A stretch of DNA of 43,934 nucleotides, filler included, from Catajapyx aquilonaris (Eukaryota), in assembly GCA_000934665.2 (NCBI GenBank). It is 2 parts of 2 records of this genome, joined end to end, with 100 filler letters (N's around TTAATTAATTAA, not from the genome) between each part and the next. Parts side by side here need not be neighbours in the genome. Positions count along the whole stretch, not along the records: positions 22,124 to 43,934 come from JYFJ02005969.1; 1 more part is not named here. One strand, written 5' to 3'. A program made the translations under genes and the position numbers. Below are positions 24,775-37,960 of the stretch, in pieces; the stretch's first letter is position 1; every line of letters begins with the position of its first letter. The notes beneath the pieces were generated by a model that saw only the letters and a program-made list of their open reading frames with translations, was not told the origin of the DNA and ran no database searches.

Positions 24775-24860
24775 GTTTTTGGAGTGTGGGAGGAAATGGG
24801 TGAACCTCGAGAAAACCAACATGGGAAATTGGCCTGGCTGATCCGGGATCAAACGTGGGA
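24775..24860 (-). mobile_element. V-SINE-like tRNA-derived SINE remnant
   Basis: Minus strand reads B-box-like GTTTGATCCC followed by GGTTTTCTCGAGG...TTTCCTCCCACACTCCAAAAAC, resembling the conserved V-domain motif (recalled from memory, not searched). Confidence 0.5.
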
Positions 24861-25925
24861 GCATGTAACTATACAGTGCGTTCCAAGTATTGGGGTCATT
24901 TCAGTTATCACCTCAAGTTGTAATGTTTGTGTAGCTTTTTGAGCCTGGATCGATGTGACCAATTATATTGCAGGGGAACTTGAAATAATTTATTCCAGTG
25001 GTTGTTCCTCTGTCTTCTCCTGACTTTTCTTCAATGGAATTGTACATAACAAGCCAGATTCATATGTGGCATGGCTCAAAAGGATGGGAGATAATTTTGC
25101 ATTGAAACCAATGCTAATTCAATTTATATGTAATCCATCATGATCATATCACTTTCATGCCAAAAATATAACACATTCATGAAGGTAAATGAATATTGTC
25201 CCCACCACCGCCACACAACTGGAGCATTCCACATCTATGCTCCCCTATATTCCTTCAACATTTGTATACATTGTTTACAGCCACATTGCATTAACCTCAG
25301 GTGTGAAATACAAGCTGTCAAAACTTTGCAGACATTGATATAATCAGACCTAGGTCAATGTGCCTGTGAATCAAAAGCCAGTTGACTGCCTTTAGTATGA
25401 CAATAAATTCAACATTATTTTCTTATATCAATCTTTTAATGACTTGCACATTTCCAAATTGATAATGCACAAAATCGTTTCACGAACCAGCAATAATAAT
25501 AATAACGGTACACACATGCACACAAAATCTGCTGACAAGTATTGCGACTAACATTTTCAATGTAAAATCACTCTCATCTACACATTTCCTCCAGTTCAAG
25601 ACCAGATTAATTTCAGTCACTGCCAAATGGCAAGCCTTAATTTTCTCCTCCGCCTCTCCCCCATTCTCCCTACCCTCTTACATTTCCTCCACTGACATAC
25701 ACTTAAAAAGTGTCATCTCCATGCATACAGGTTATTGCAGTCATCAAAAGCGCAACTGCCTGAATGAGACACGAAGAAAATGCCAGAGGATTTAACTGAC
25801 TATACATTTCCCATTTTCATTCTTTCGAATTTTTGTGGCAGTTAGACACGTGTTTTAAATTAATTTTTAAAATCGCTGTTAAGTTTTTTCATGACAGTTT
25901 TTCCCCTCCGGCTTGAACTTGAAGT

Positions 25926-28900
25926 TCACCAGGAGCTGTTACTGAGTGAGAATCTAATGTTGTCCTCATCACTGTCATCACTCCCACTAGAGCCATTTAG
26001 AAGGTCCACCACAGAGTCACTGTCATCAACAGCATCGTTATCACCATCTTCCTCCTCCTCCTCCTCCTCTTCTTCTCCAATCAACTCATCTCCTTCATTG
26101 GCAACAACTTCTGGGGCACTATCGTCGTCTCCGCCACCACCTTCATCTCCCTCATTCTGGCTTTGATTGTCACTGTTGTTGTCGTCAGAGTCACCCAAGC
26201 CCCCAAAGCCATCGGCTGCATCCATGAACATATCTGCAAGTACCCAATGCCACCTTGTGTTTAGTTCATGCCTAGTCAAAAAGGTAAGAATCTTGAAAAA
26301 CCCCAAGAAAATCCCATACGTTCTTTCCGGGGCATCTCTTGAGATTAACTGCAACGTTACTAACCCAAAGCATTTTCATCATCATCATTGTCACTTCCAT
26401 CTGAACCTTCATCGTCCTCCTCTTCCTCCTCCTCGTCCTCGTCCTCTTCATCCTCCATTTCATCTTCATCATCTCGAAGCCTTCCAACGTCATACAGGCG
26501 GACTGATGATTCATCCACAGTGTCTGCTACACCCTGATTCTCAACAAGTGCCACTTGCGTGTCCCACTTGTTGCAGCATAAACCATAGATGTTGCGTTTT
26601 ACATCAATTGTGGCTGTGGAAACATTTTAATGAAACATCTATTTAGACAAATAGCCCATGAACACAACATAATCACTGTACTAACATAAATGAATAGAAA
26701 TTAATGTGAATGGTAGCACAGCATTGTGGTATCAGGAAGAGAGAAAGATAAGAGAATTGTGAATGCGGACCTATGGAAGAGTAGTCGGACGCATCGAGCG
26801 TCTTGAAGGAAGACTCGTAGGTGGTCTCGACCTCAGTCTCCTGCTCAAGGGCGACGGCATATAGGACGTGCCCTGTTCTGGAGAACACAACTTGACACTG
26901 GTTGAGTTGTGGGACAGTCTTGAGCAGGTGGTATGTTCGCAGGTCCCACACCTCTGCGTTGGACACCAGTTCCATGCCACTCGGATGGAAAACTCCACTG
27001 AGGGTCTGGTTCAGTTTGTCAAACTTGTGTATTTCCTTCCCAGAGGTCACGTCCCATAAGACTCCATCACACAGGACCAGCTCATCTGTAGGGTGATATG
27101 TGGCACGATTCTTGGAGTACTGGTTTGATCCACTTGGAGTCAGGGTCAGCAGCTTCTTGCCTGTTGCCACATCATATATCTAAGAAAAGAAGTGGAGTTA
27201 GGAATCGCATAGCAAAACCTAAGGAAAAACGTCTGCAACACTTACTGTGGCAACTTCGCCTTTGGTCCCAACAATACGATCCTGACACATCTTGCTGAAT
27301 TCCACGTACTCCTCATTCTCCAATGCAAATCTGCAAACAAGAAAAAGAAATAAGTGTGTTCTCTGCAGGTGATCCTGAACTTTTGCAGATATTCATGTTA
27401 GTCAGCAACCTTTTAACTAGTGCTTCAGGGTGGCCTGTAGCAAAATGAAGGTCAATACCTAGTGTACAAACTGAAAGTAGTTTGCTTAAGAAATAATATA
27501 TTCTGAACATCATGTGGTATTTATAAAGGGTCCAATCATTTCGCAAGTTTGGCTCCAAAAATCAGAAAACGAGACTGATTTCAAATTTTTAAAAAGCCCA
27601 TCTTGTCAAATGACTGAACCCTCCCTTTAAAGTGAAAGAATGTGGGCCTTACTGTAGGTCGAAAAAGTTCCCCATTTTCCAGAGTGCAGAGAGAGGCCTT
27701 CTCCAGAGTGAAGATGTCAGTAAGAGATCACCACTGTTGTTGGGCTGAACGTGGTATACATAGGATTCGTGACACTGGTAGGTTGCTTCTTCTGCTGCAG
27801 TCTGGAGGTTGTAAAGCTTCACTTCCCCCTGGTACGTTCCAGCCATCATGAACTGCTCACAGGCTGAGAAAGAGCAGCAGGTCAGGAACGAGTCCTCTGC
27901 AGACTGCCGGAAGGAGCGCACAGGACGGAATCTGGAGTACAGGAGGCGCCGGGACAACTTCAGCCCGTCTGGACCCCCATGGGGTGGACGGACTTCTCGG
28001 CGAGTCAGGCGCACTGCCACATTGCATGCAGCTGCACCCTTAGACTTTGGATCGGGACACTTGTGTGGAGCAAACAGGTCAAACTGAGGGCAAGTCACCA
28101 TGGGGTTCCTGCACAGGGTGTGCTGGTTCATGAGGTACTCCGTCACTATGGTGTCAAGGGTGACAGTAGGATCTGTTGGGGGACGGTCACCCTTGAGGAG
28201 TGGGCTCACAGGGGCAAGTGCAGTGGAGGCTACCACTGTACTGGTGGACACTTGAAGAAGAGACGGGTCTTGTGAGAGCTGCTTCTGGAGACTGCGGACT
28301 CCACTCGAGGCAGGTGTTGATGCAGCTGATATCAACGCAGGAGTAGTTGTTGGCTGGGTGCGGCGGCTAGTCAGGTGCACTCTGAAAGAAATCGGGGCTT
28401 GGGTTCCAGAGGTGGTTGGCGTTGAGAGGGCTGAGGTGAGAGGTGGAATCGCATTAGAAGTCGATGGCTGGGCAGTGACAGTAGAGGATTGGGCAGGAGA
28501 GGAAGGGATGGATGTGGTACCAGTTGACAGAGTTGGAGAAGCAGTTGAAGATGGCATTATAGATCTAACTGGGGTTGACACAGGTGATGTAGCCAGGAGT
28601 GGACGCAAGGCGGAGTGTGTTACTGCATTGCCGAGGCGAATCTGGAAATTAAAACAATTGGGAATTAATGCATGCCAAAATAAATGTGCACGGCTAACAG
28701 TGATGTGGAGATGTATGTTCAGAAAGCACTTTTATCATTTTCTTGTAATAAAAGTGGACGTCAGAGTCAGCAAGATATTTATCAACATGATCTGAGATAG
28801 ATTTTGTTCCACTTAATACTATATATAAATTGTATGCTCTGCCACTTCTGCAAGTTCCCTTATAATACAAAATTAAGAAAAGATATGATCCTCAGATAAG

Positions 28901-31900
28901 AATATTGTAATATTGGGTCAAAAGCTGCACGTACTCCTCTGTTGGGGGTAGGAGAAGAAAGAGCCCCTCGATATGGTGGTGGAGGGAAGTTTGATCCTGC
29001 TCCCTGCCTTATTGGTGGGAAGGGAATCCCTGCCTCTCTCTGCAAGGCACTGGCCGACTCCGCGAGGCCTTTTGCCACCAGGTGTCCATGGATCAGTTGT
29101 ATGAGCTGCTTCTCATTGTACTGGATCCTTGTTTGTGCAACCACACTTGCCTGAAGAGTGAATAACAGGAGTAAAGTACAGAACATTTCCGGAAAAACTT
29201 AAAGTAGAACAATTTTAACTTACCCTGTGTATTTTGGCCAAGGACACATCGTACTCATTGACGCTGGGCTTGGATTTCCCTGATACTCTCTCCAGAAGAT
29301 CCAGGGCATGCCTCTGGAATGTCACATGGTCTTGCCGCTTGTCTTGAAGTATGGGTTCCCTCATCAAAACTAGCATCAGAAAGCAAAAATGTCAGCATCA
29401 TCGCCACTATACTCATGTCAGACCTTCAAGTCAAATAACGGGAAACTCAACTTACTCTGCAACTGCCCGTTTGCAAATAGGGACAACTTTCCCACAATCT
29501 GGCAGACTTTCGAGCTCCTTGCCAACCCTGCCAAGGCTTTGCAGGCCAGCGCACGAATGGAATCAGCATCGGTGATAGGAGTCTTCACCATCATCAGTTG
29601 CAAGAGGACCATGATGCCATTGTTAGACTGGATGGAATCCCACAGTCGCTCAAGTAGATCTTCAATGTTGCGGGGTCTTCTCTTGCTAATCCCCCAGTTA
29701 CCAGTGCTTGTGCCTCCTCCACCACCTCCACCTCCTCCTGCCCCCCTTCCTCCTACCTGGGGAGATCCTTGACTTCCACTCGGGGGACTACTTGCACTTA
29801 GGCCGTACTTGAGAAAGTTACCTCCCACCTGGAAACAACAGCATCATATAACAGAGTTCTGAAGGAACACGTGAAGTGACTTTCCAAGAGTGTACCCCTC
29901 CATAATATACTGTTTGATATTGAAAACCAACTGCATAATATGACCATGAAAGATCAAGCAAGACCCTATGAACACACTAATGCAGCATTTCTCAGTGACC
30001 TTTTTACCCTTGAGGAACCCCGGAATTCATTATCATGTCTCAGGGAACCCCAACATAAAAATTATTAAATCAATTAATGACTCAAAATAACATTTACGTA
30101 TGATTAGCCTATTACACTGTGCAACACAGTTTTTTGGTCCATGGGAATGCATTGCTTTGACTGCTTCGAGGTCAAAAATAAATTCCTGACAAAATGAATG
30201 GTCATATGAGTTACGAGTGACCTAAGGAACATGAAAATAGCAATGAATATTCCCATGGCCAAAAAATATGATTTTTGTTATGTAGTGTTATCACTATTTC
30301 TTGCGGAACCCCTGGCAACTGCTTGTGAAACCCTAGGGTTGAGAAACGCTGCTCTAATGAGTCAAACAAAACACCTCAGTGAGCTGAAACAAATTCACAA
30401 TATGCAGTAACAAAGTATTTAAAATGGAAGCTCAAATGAGTGCACCTTCAATAGGAAAAGCACGAGTCCTTACCCTGCTTGTCGGAGCGCACACGCAGTT
30501 GATGATGACGTTCAGGGCACTCCTCTGGACATCTGGATCAGCCACAATCTCTCCTTCAGCAGCACCCAGCAGAATAGTCACTCCGACAGTAGGGGTGTCA
30601 TCCAGAAGTTTAACAGATTCGCAGAAAATCAGCTGTACCTCAGGCACACAAGAGCAAACAGCCAGGGCATCCAGGGCACTACGCACTGTCTCAGCTCGAC
30701 CCGAGTAGTTCCACTCATAGGCCATGGCCACCACCTGCAGAAGAGTTTGAACTCCTCCCAGGCGCACCAGGTCCCTTACGGGTGTCCACTGGCTGTAAAA
30801 CGGAAGCAACTCCAGGAGAGTAGCAATGTCTTCTCTCACTTTCTCAGGACTGTTCCGAGCAGCCTTGTATGGAGTAGAAAGTGGGGATGGGGCACCTCCC
30901 TGGTCACGGATGTGGGAGCGGCGCAAACTTTCAGCCTTAATGGTCAAATGGGCCTCTAAGTATCGCTTAAGGGTGCTGCACATGTGACGAACTGCTTGAC
31001 GAGCCACAAACTCCTCGTCATCGTTCATATTGTGATCATCTGCCGTCAGGATTGGGAGTGTGCTCACCTGCAAACAGATGCAAGAAACCATTGAGAGCAA
31101 ACTGTGAAAATATGGACAAGCTGCCATAAGTTATGAGTAGTATACAAATTCGCAACAGTCCCTTTCGAGCACCATATCAGACGGCTAACCTTTAAAAACA
31201 ATTTATTCCCCTTTTCTTTTGTTCACAAGAGCCTTTTGCTCATGGATCATTACTGAAGACATGCCCCTATCTTTGCACAGCTGCTGTCCAAGTGCTCCTC
31301 CACCTATCGACACACTGGCTACAACTGTCCCTCTCAAAGGGCATCCCAAAAGGCAGGTTTTGAACATTTCGCATGGATAATTCTCATTTTCATTTGATCA
31401 AGCTACATAATAAGCTTGAAGTTTAAAACCTGAACAGTTATTTCACGTTGTTTCACACATTGAACATAGATTGCAGGTGTTATTTGATTAGTTGGCATAG
31501 TATGCTGCAGAAATGTGCATGCAACATTTTGACACCCTGCAGACTGTCCTTGTCTTAAAGTGACGTTCCATTCTAGTAAACAAAACAAATTTTGAAAGCA
31601 AATATCACAACCACACATTTAATGCGAAAGGGTATCATTAGCAAAGATTGTAAAAGCATAATTTCATAATCTGGTTCTCACGTGAATTCTCTCCCTTAAA
31701 AAAAATTACAACTCACCACATTGAAAAGCTTGCGAAGGCCATCCTGCTCATCAAAGAGGTCCAAAATAACCCTGAACTGGAAGGAAAACCCAAAGAACAT
31801 CGTGGCATGGCACCGGCCCGAATCATGGGAACACTCAAGCAGCCATAAAGCATACCTAAAATGAGACAGGAGACAGTTTCAGAACGGATCATTTCGATGA

Positions 31901-34900
31901 GGATCAACCATAATGCAGATCTTTTAAATCCAACTCACCGGACAAGGTGAGCAAGCACACTTTTTGGCAGCAGGCAAACTCTCTCCATGGCATCCTCACA
32001 GTAGGCCAAGTAGTACAGATCCAAGGAAACTCCAGTGGCTGCTATGCTTGGACGAGGAACATCCAGTAGTCTCTGCAGGCCATCCATGTTGATGAACTCC
32101 AGGGAGAACTTCTTGTGGCAAAGGAGGGCAGCCAGATACTTCAGAGCCTCAAAAGCTAGGCGGGAGTCACGGAATTCATTCAGGTTGATGTAACGAAGGA
32201 TCAAGTCCAGAGCGTTGTGCTCGAACACGTGACCCAGAAGCTGCAACACAATAGAATTATTCAACACCCTCAATAATATTATTCAACTTCTTAACGTAAC
32301 CCATACTGTACTTACTTTAAATTTCAATACAAGATTTTTATTATGGTGTTCTTTGTAAAATATTACATGATACGGTACAGTATAGAAATAGCATATATGC
32401 AAATTACTTAATGATGTAAAGCCCCAGCATTTTCTAGCTTACTTATTTTCAAATCAAGAAAACTAGTAAAAAAAAAAGAGAGAGCAACTCACATCCTGGT
32501 ACTCCCCCATAGGTGTAAGGTATCGCAAGATGAGCATCTGCTTTGTGGAGAGTGTCGGAGGGTACATCTTGAAACTTCCAATGACATTGCTCTCCATTTC
32601 TACCCACGAGGAGTTGCTGCACTCATTTATGGTTGGGGGATTCTTCGGGGAGGTGAGTCCAGGGGGGGAACCCATCATGTAGCATGGGTGGGCAGGAGTG
32701 GGTGGCATCCTGGGGGAAAAGCTGGTTCTCACAAGAGGAGACTCCAAGTTGGCCTCTTCTGCAAAAAAAAAAAAACATTTGTAAAAAAAATTGTATCAAG
32801 GTTCCTGTGATGGTCAAGCAGCAACTTATAATATTAACATTAATTACTGCATAAATTCTAATTACAGTAAAACTTCTATAAGTCGAATCTACATGGAACC
32901 GGGAAAAACTTCGAGTTAGCGTATAATAATTTAAAGGTGTACACTTTTAAATTTTGTACTTTTCATGACAACTTCACATGGAAATCAATGATACACATGA
33001 GAGCTTCATTAGTACTAAAAAATAACCAAGTATTCTGTCCGGTCGGGCATGGGAGAGGGAGGGCCAGGGAAGTGGAGGGGGGGGGGGGGGTGACACCACA
33101 AGTTGCCGCACCGGGTGACAACAACACTAGCGACGCCACTGCGTTACGGACATTTGCCTACTCTTAGATTCAAGGATTCAATGGGGAACTAGCCTTCATT
33201 TTGGAAACTACATAATAAATTCGCCCATATTTTTTGGATTTTTTTGGCATATTCCGTTTTAAGATATCAGTTTCAGGTCCGGAGTAATTGGGGTTTTTAT
33301 GTAGGCTACTGGTGACGTCACTGTCAGCCTAGAAAATGTTGACGTCACGCGAAGTGAAATGAACGCAAAAAGGGTGTTATAGAACGCGCCCCGTCATTGT
33401 TGTAAAATGCTTCGCTGTTGTTAGCAACCGTCCCATTCCGTGAGCAAGATAGCGGCCGGGGCGCGTATTTATTCCAGGCCGCTCAAGCCGCTTTGTACAT
33501 GGCAGTGATGCCACCAGGTCGGAATTATCTGTCACCCGAATTCGGCACATGAAGGCCCCCCTTCTCCACCTTGATGGCCTACAGCCGCCTTGCGAATGCT
33601 TTCCGTCGTGTCCGCGGTTAATTCAAAGTCAAATTCCTCATATCTCGCAGTCAACCAGGCATTTCAGAGTACCCTTTCGATTGGCACCACTCTGTTGCTC
33701 TGTTTTTCCCGCCAATTTTGAAGGCACTTTTAAATGTGCCGTAATTTATCCAGTAATGTCATTTTGATGCAACAGAGTGATGGAATGTATGCTTACAGGC
33801 ATGGGCTAGCTAGTTATGAACAAATATCCCAAATCCCAGACCAAGGCTAGTTCCCCATTGTCACAATCAAGTCAAGCACTTCTTTCGGTGCGTCTGGTAG
33901 ACGGAGATCAGGAAATTGAGCCTTTCTGTACATGTGGCCTCCTCTCGACCCTTCGTCTGGGAAATGAGAAAATTTTCCGTACTCGCCAACATGAACTTCG
34001 ACTTAGGGAGACTGAAAATGCATTGATATCCCATCGTAAGGCCTTGCCTGCACTTCGAGTTAGGGAAGTTTATTTCCTATTATTTTACATTGTGACCAAC
34101 CAAGCTCATCATTTTCTTCGACTTAGGGAAGTTCGACATATAGAAGTTTTACTGTAACTATCTAGATATGGTTATGATCTGGATTCTGGACCGTTTGTGT
34201 TCATCCTGCCTCAGCCATGTGCATATCATGATTGGAAACCATTACTTCACTCTACTTCAATTTAGTTTCAATTAGAAATATATTTATGCCAAGAGGATGC
34301 TATTAAATGGGTGACAAACCTGATACAAATGTTATGTGCGACTTGGCTCCACTACCACCATCAGCCTTCTTCTTAGCCATGCTCCTGCTCCCTGGTGTGT
34401 CGGGAGATCCATCACAATTCAGAGCACATTCCTCTGGAGATGCCTCCCTCTTCCTCTTATTCCTCTTCCTCCCTCCCTCATCATCAGTTCCACCACCTTC
34501 TTCTCTCCCGCCACCGCCACTTCCTGCTCCTCCAGGCGGGTCTGGAGCATAGTCACCCAGGTGTGCGAAAGGCCTGGTGGTGGCCAGCATCTGCTGCTGG
34601 AAGTTCCTAAGCCGCTCTAGCATAAGAGGGACCAGGTGCCCATTCTTGTCCCGATAGTTTGAAGCTATGTCCTGCACGTCCATGGCAGCAGCCAGGAGAC
34701 CTGTTGCGTAGGTCCTCATTGGCTCCAAGCTTTTCTCTGCCCACACATACAAGCGGTCGATAAGGCCGTTGGTCTCCTGGAACACCACTGAAGTTTCCAG
34801 TCCAGGCATCATGTCCAACATAAGGCGGGCTGCTGCTGTGTTCAGCTCGCGAACATCATGCTCTCCAGCACGCCAAAAGTTCTCTCGGAGGTAATCACTC

Positions 34901-35791
34901 ACCAGCTGTGAGTGAAAAATTAAAGTAACAATGTCTCAAAACATGAAATAATAAGAAATTTCAAACATGGAAAACATTCATTAGTAATTAATGGCAATTG
35001 CAGAACACAAAAAAGCTTTTTTTTTCTGCCCTTGGTAATTAGAATTGTCTTAATCCACCTCTTTTCACATACCTTATTCATGAAGATGTCTTTTTTGAAA
35101 AGCACCTTCAGCATGTGTCCCAAACAGCAGTCTGGATGTGACCGGGATGGATGCCTCTCATCGAAGGGATCAGGATCCATCTTCATGTAGTTCTCTATTT
35201 CTACTTCAATCAGCTCGGCCATCCTTCAGAAAGAAAACATTCACATAATCAGTACCACATTTTGGTCCTTGATCAAACCCATAACAAAAATCTCAATTGT
35301 TTAAAAATGTGTGTAAAAATAATTGTGCACTAGCAGGATCATCATTTGTACTTAAAGTTGATGATGGATCCAAGTATCTATCCTGTTGTGCAAAAACCAA
35401 CAGCAACATGGCATTGAATGGTTGCACTGACTTATGCAACTGATTTCACAAAAGGGTCCAAAGTCCAAGAGGCAGTGCAATGAAAGCTATGCCCAGGCTT
35501 TTGTTTTGGAGCTCTGCCTAATTAGCTTCACCAGCAAATTGCAATTCATGCAGGCTGCCTTATTTTTTCCTCCCTTGCATGGCGAAGATAGGCATGATTA
35601 TTGGCTACTGTCATTTTACCAATAATCTGCAGTTCAGAGAAAAAAAAGTGTACATTTTATAAATCAGTAAATGTTTACCTGATGAGAACTGGGGTTGGGT
35701 CATAATTGGCACTCTGATGTTCTTCTTCCCATTGTCGAAGCAGAGACACCATCTCGTTCACTTCAGCTTCATTTTTACTTGATTCCCCCAT
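25926..35791 (-). CDS. DCAF1: DDB1- and CUL4-associated factor 1 (VprBP / mahjong), 15 coding exons, ~1641 aa
   Basis: Exons 35791-35679, 35223-35073, 34905-34320, 32758-32493, 32240-31939, 31855-31717, 31067-30474, 29828-29456, 29369-29224, 29150-28935, 28641-27653, 27330-27246, 27179-26771, 26613-26365, 26233-25926; all GT-AG and in frame (4926 nt). Motifs [33 protein letters not shown], LisH ([22 protein letters not shown]), WD40 region ([15 protein letters not shown]) and acidic tail. Confidence 0.95.
29983..30351. mobile_element. 369-bp hAT (Charlie/Buster-type) non-autonomous element in a DCAF1 intron
   Basis: TIR CAGCATTTCTCA / TGAGAAACGCTG; 8-bp TSD CACTAATG / CTCTAATG (7/8, central TA); repeated GGAACCC subterminal motifs. 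Confidence 0.8.
32865..34154. mobile_element. 1.29-kb pogo/Tigger-like non-autonomous DNA transposon in DCAF1 intron 3
   Basis: TA|CAGTAAAACTTCTATAAGTCGAA ... TTCGACATATAGAAGTTTTACTG|TA (22/23 match, TA TSD). Subterminal CTTCGA(C/G)TTAG motifs at ~32909, 33996, 34053 and 34116. No transposase ORF. Confidence 0.88.
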
Positions 35792-37748
35792 TTTTCCTGA
35801 AACAGTTGTAATAAAATAATGTAATGAATAGATGCAAAAAAAAATCTTGAATAATGTGTATTTGGTACAAGCAAACTGGTGACAGACTTCAATATAATTG
35901 CCATGTGGTCTCTAACCAAATCCCATTGTATTTGGAAATGTACTATTTTTGGAGCTTTCACATGTCATAACTTGTGCAAATATGCAGCTCAGCTCAAAAT
36001 TACGTTGTCTTTAGTTATCACATGTTGTCCTTCATTAGTATGTTCAGTCTCATCCTGATCTGTTATCATCTCGGCAAGTTCCCTTGTATGTTGCGAGATG
36101 ATGCAATCGGATTAAAAGAATTACACAATGCAGTTTTATGACAATTTCCAGTCATGGGCAAACAGACATACACAGATCCCTCTTCTGCTTTTAGAGGTAA
36201 CTTGGTTATCACTTCAGTTCTCCCGCAGGCAGCCATCCAGCCACTTTGGAATATTATGTAACATAACACACCTCCTGCCTCAAATGCATGCAAGACTGCC
36301 CATATTTGCAGCTCTGAGGCAACGACGAATTTGCCTCTCACCCCTATCCCTTCCCATATCCCCTCTCCTTCCTTGTCTCAATATCCGGAAACCCTCCCTG
36401 ATAGACAGTGGGATGAAGCTCCCCAGTCCCATGCCCTGAGCATCCCCACACCCCTCTTCCTGTGTGCTATCTCCCAATCACCACAGGACCATGTCACTAG
36501 TCCCAGACTACAACACCTCGAACAAAAACAGACCGTTTTTTAACATTGTAGCTAGCAGTGCAGGTGCCACAAAAACAACTACACCTTCGAAAGCAGAAGG
36601 GCACTTGTCTCAGGTCACTCTGCTCACAACTAAGGCGTTTAGTTGTGATGCAGATTTACTGGCTCCGTAGGCTACCTTTTCATTCCTGACCTATTCATAT
36701 GAATTCTGGGAAATGCTCGAGATATATGGTCCCTGGTATTTACTTTGTTTGCTGGCTCACACATGATTGGTATTTTTCTTGCCTTGCACTTGGCTAGTAC
36801 ACAATCAAGGTACCAATCATGTTGTTGTTCATCACAAGATAAGAGATGTAATGCACATAAATATTTTGGAGGAGTTGCACTGCACAGGAAGGTCACAAAC
36901 CATTGAGTAAAGAGTACGATACACTCTTACAACCCGCACAAATTGAATGTGCATCACCACTTTGCTCCCAAGTGATAGTACAAATTGCACCAACACATGC
37001 CTCATGTATGGTATGGTCAGTTATCAACAGGAAGAGATAAACAACCTAGTGAAATAGTATGGCACAACACAAATAAACACCACCTATACTTGAATAGGGT
37101 ATGATACATGCAATGGGTGCTGCCGACAGGTGGTTTCCAGATGATTTAAATCATCAGCAACTACATCTTGTAGCTCATGATGAGTTACTGGAAAACTGAG
37201 TCAGTACCTGCAGCATCTTAATGAAAATACCACAAGTGCACACAATATCTCAAGTCCCGTGACATCACGTCTGTTGCCCTTGTTATTGTGACTTGCTTAG
37301 CATAACATGGTGATACCATTCAAAAAATTGCAGTGCAATAGCATAATCAGACTAAATCCACAGCATAGAGGTATCAATTGCAGGAGAAAATTATCACCAA
37401 TATATTATACAAATACCATAATGAATGGTGAATGTGAGGTCTGAATATTTCAAACTGGCTCATTGGCAAGACTACCCTAATAGCTCTGTACATTCAGTGT
37501 TGGACTCACGATCTGAAAAAGGGGGTTTATGCCTCATCGGGAACCGTCCAAGGTTAGGATAATCAAATATCCAGGATAGTAGAAGATGGACAGGATGAGA
37601 TGGGGTGAGAGGAGGCTGAAAGGGAGAAAGCGAGAATGGTAGTTCAAGTTTTAATTGCGTCATTATGTATATTTATGTCTAGTCTGGTGTAACACCATTG
37701 AAAACAATGCATTTCCAGTGTAAGCTCAGGTACTTGCTGTGATTGTAA

Positions 37749-37960
37749 AGCCCCGTTAAAGTGTGAGCCAAAGAGCTTAATACTAGTATTAAGCTCTTTG
37801 GTGTGAGCGATTTGACAAGCGAAGTCATCGCCGAGTGACGTAACCAATATTGTTTGAGTTGAAAGTAACAATTGATTTTCGCCTCAAACAATACTGGTTA
37901 CTTGGATTCCTCAGCGTCGTTAATCGCCGGCGATCAAATCGCTCACATGTAAACGTACCT
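37749..37960. mobile_element. Harbinger/Tourist-like MITE hosting an insertion scar
   Basis: After removing 37769-37808, the left arm AGCCCCGTTAAAGTGTGAGCGATTTGA aligns with the reverse complement of TCAAATCGCTCACATGTAAACGTACCT; TAA flanks. Confidence 0.55.
37769..37800. mobile_element. Perfect 32-bp palindrome with 8-bp TSD GTGTGAGC: P-element-type excision footprint
   Basis: CAAAGAGCTTAATACT|AGTATTAAGCTCTTTG flanked by GTGTGAGC at 37761-37768 and 37801-37808. Confidence 0.7.

Noticed and set aside
33503..33692. Nested hAT with CAGTGATGCCA / TGGCACCACTC ends
   Set aside because: 9/11 match but no target-site duplication.
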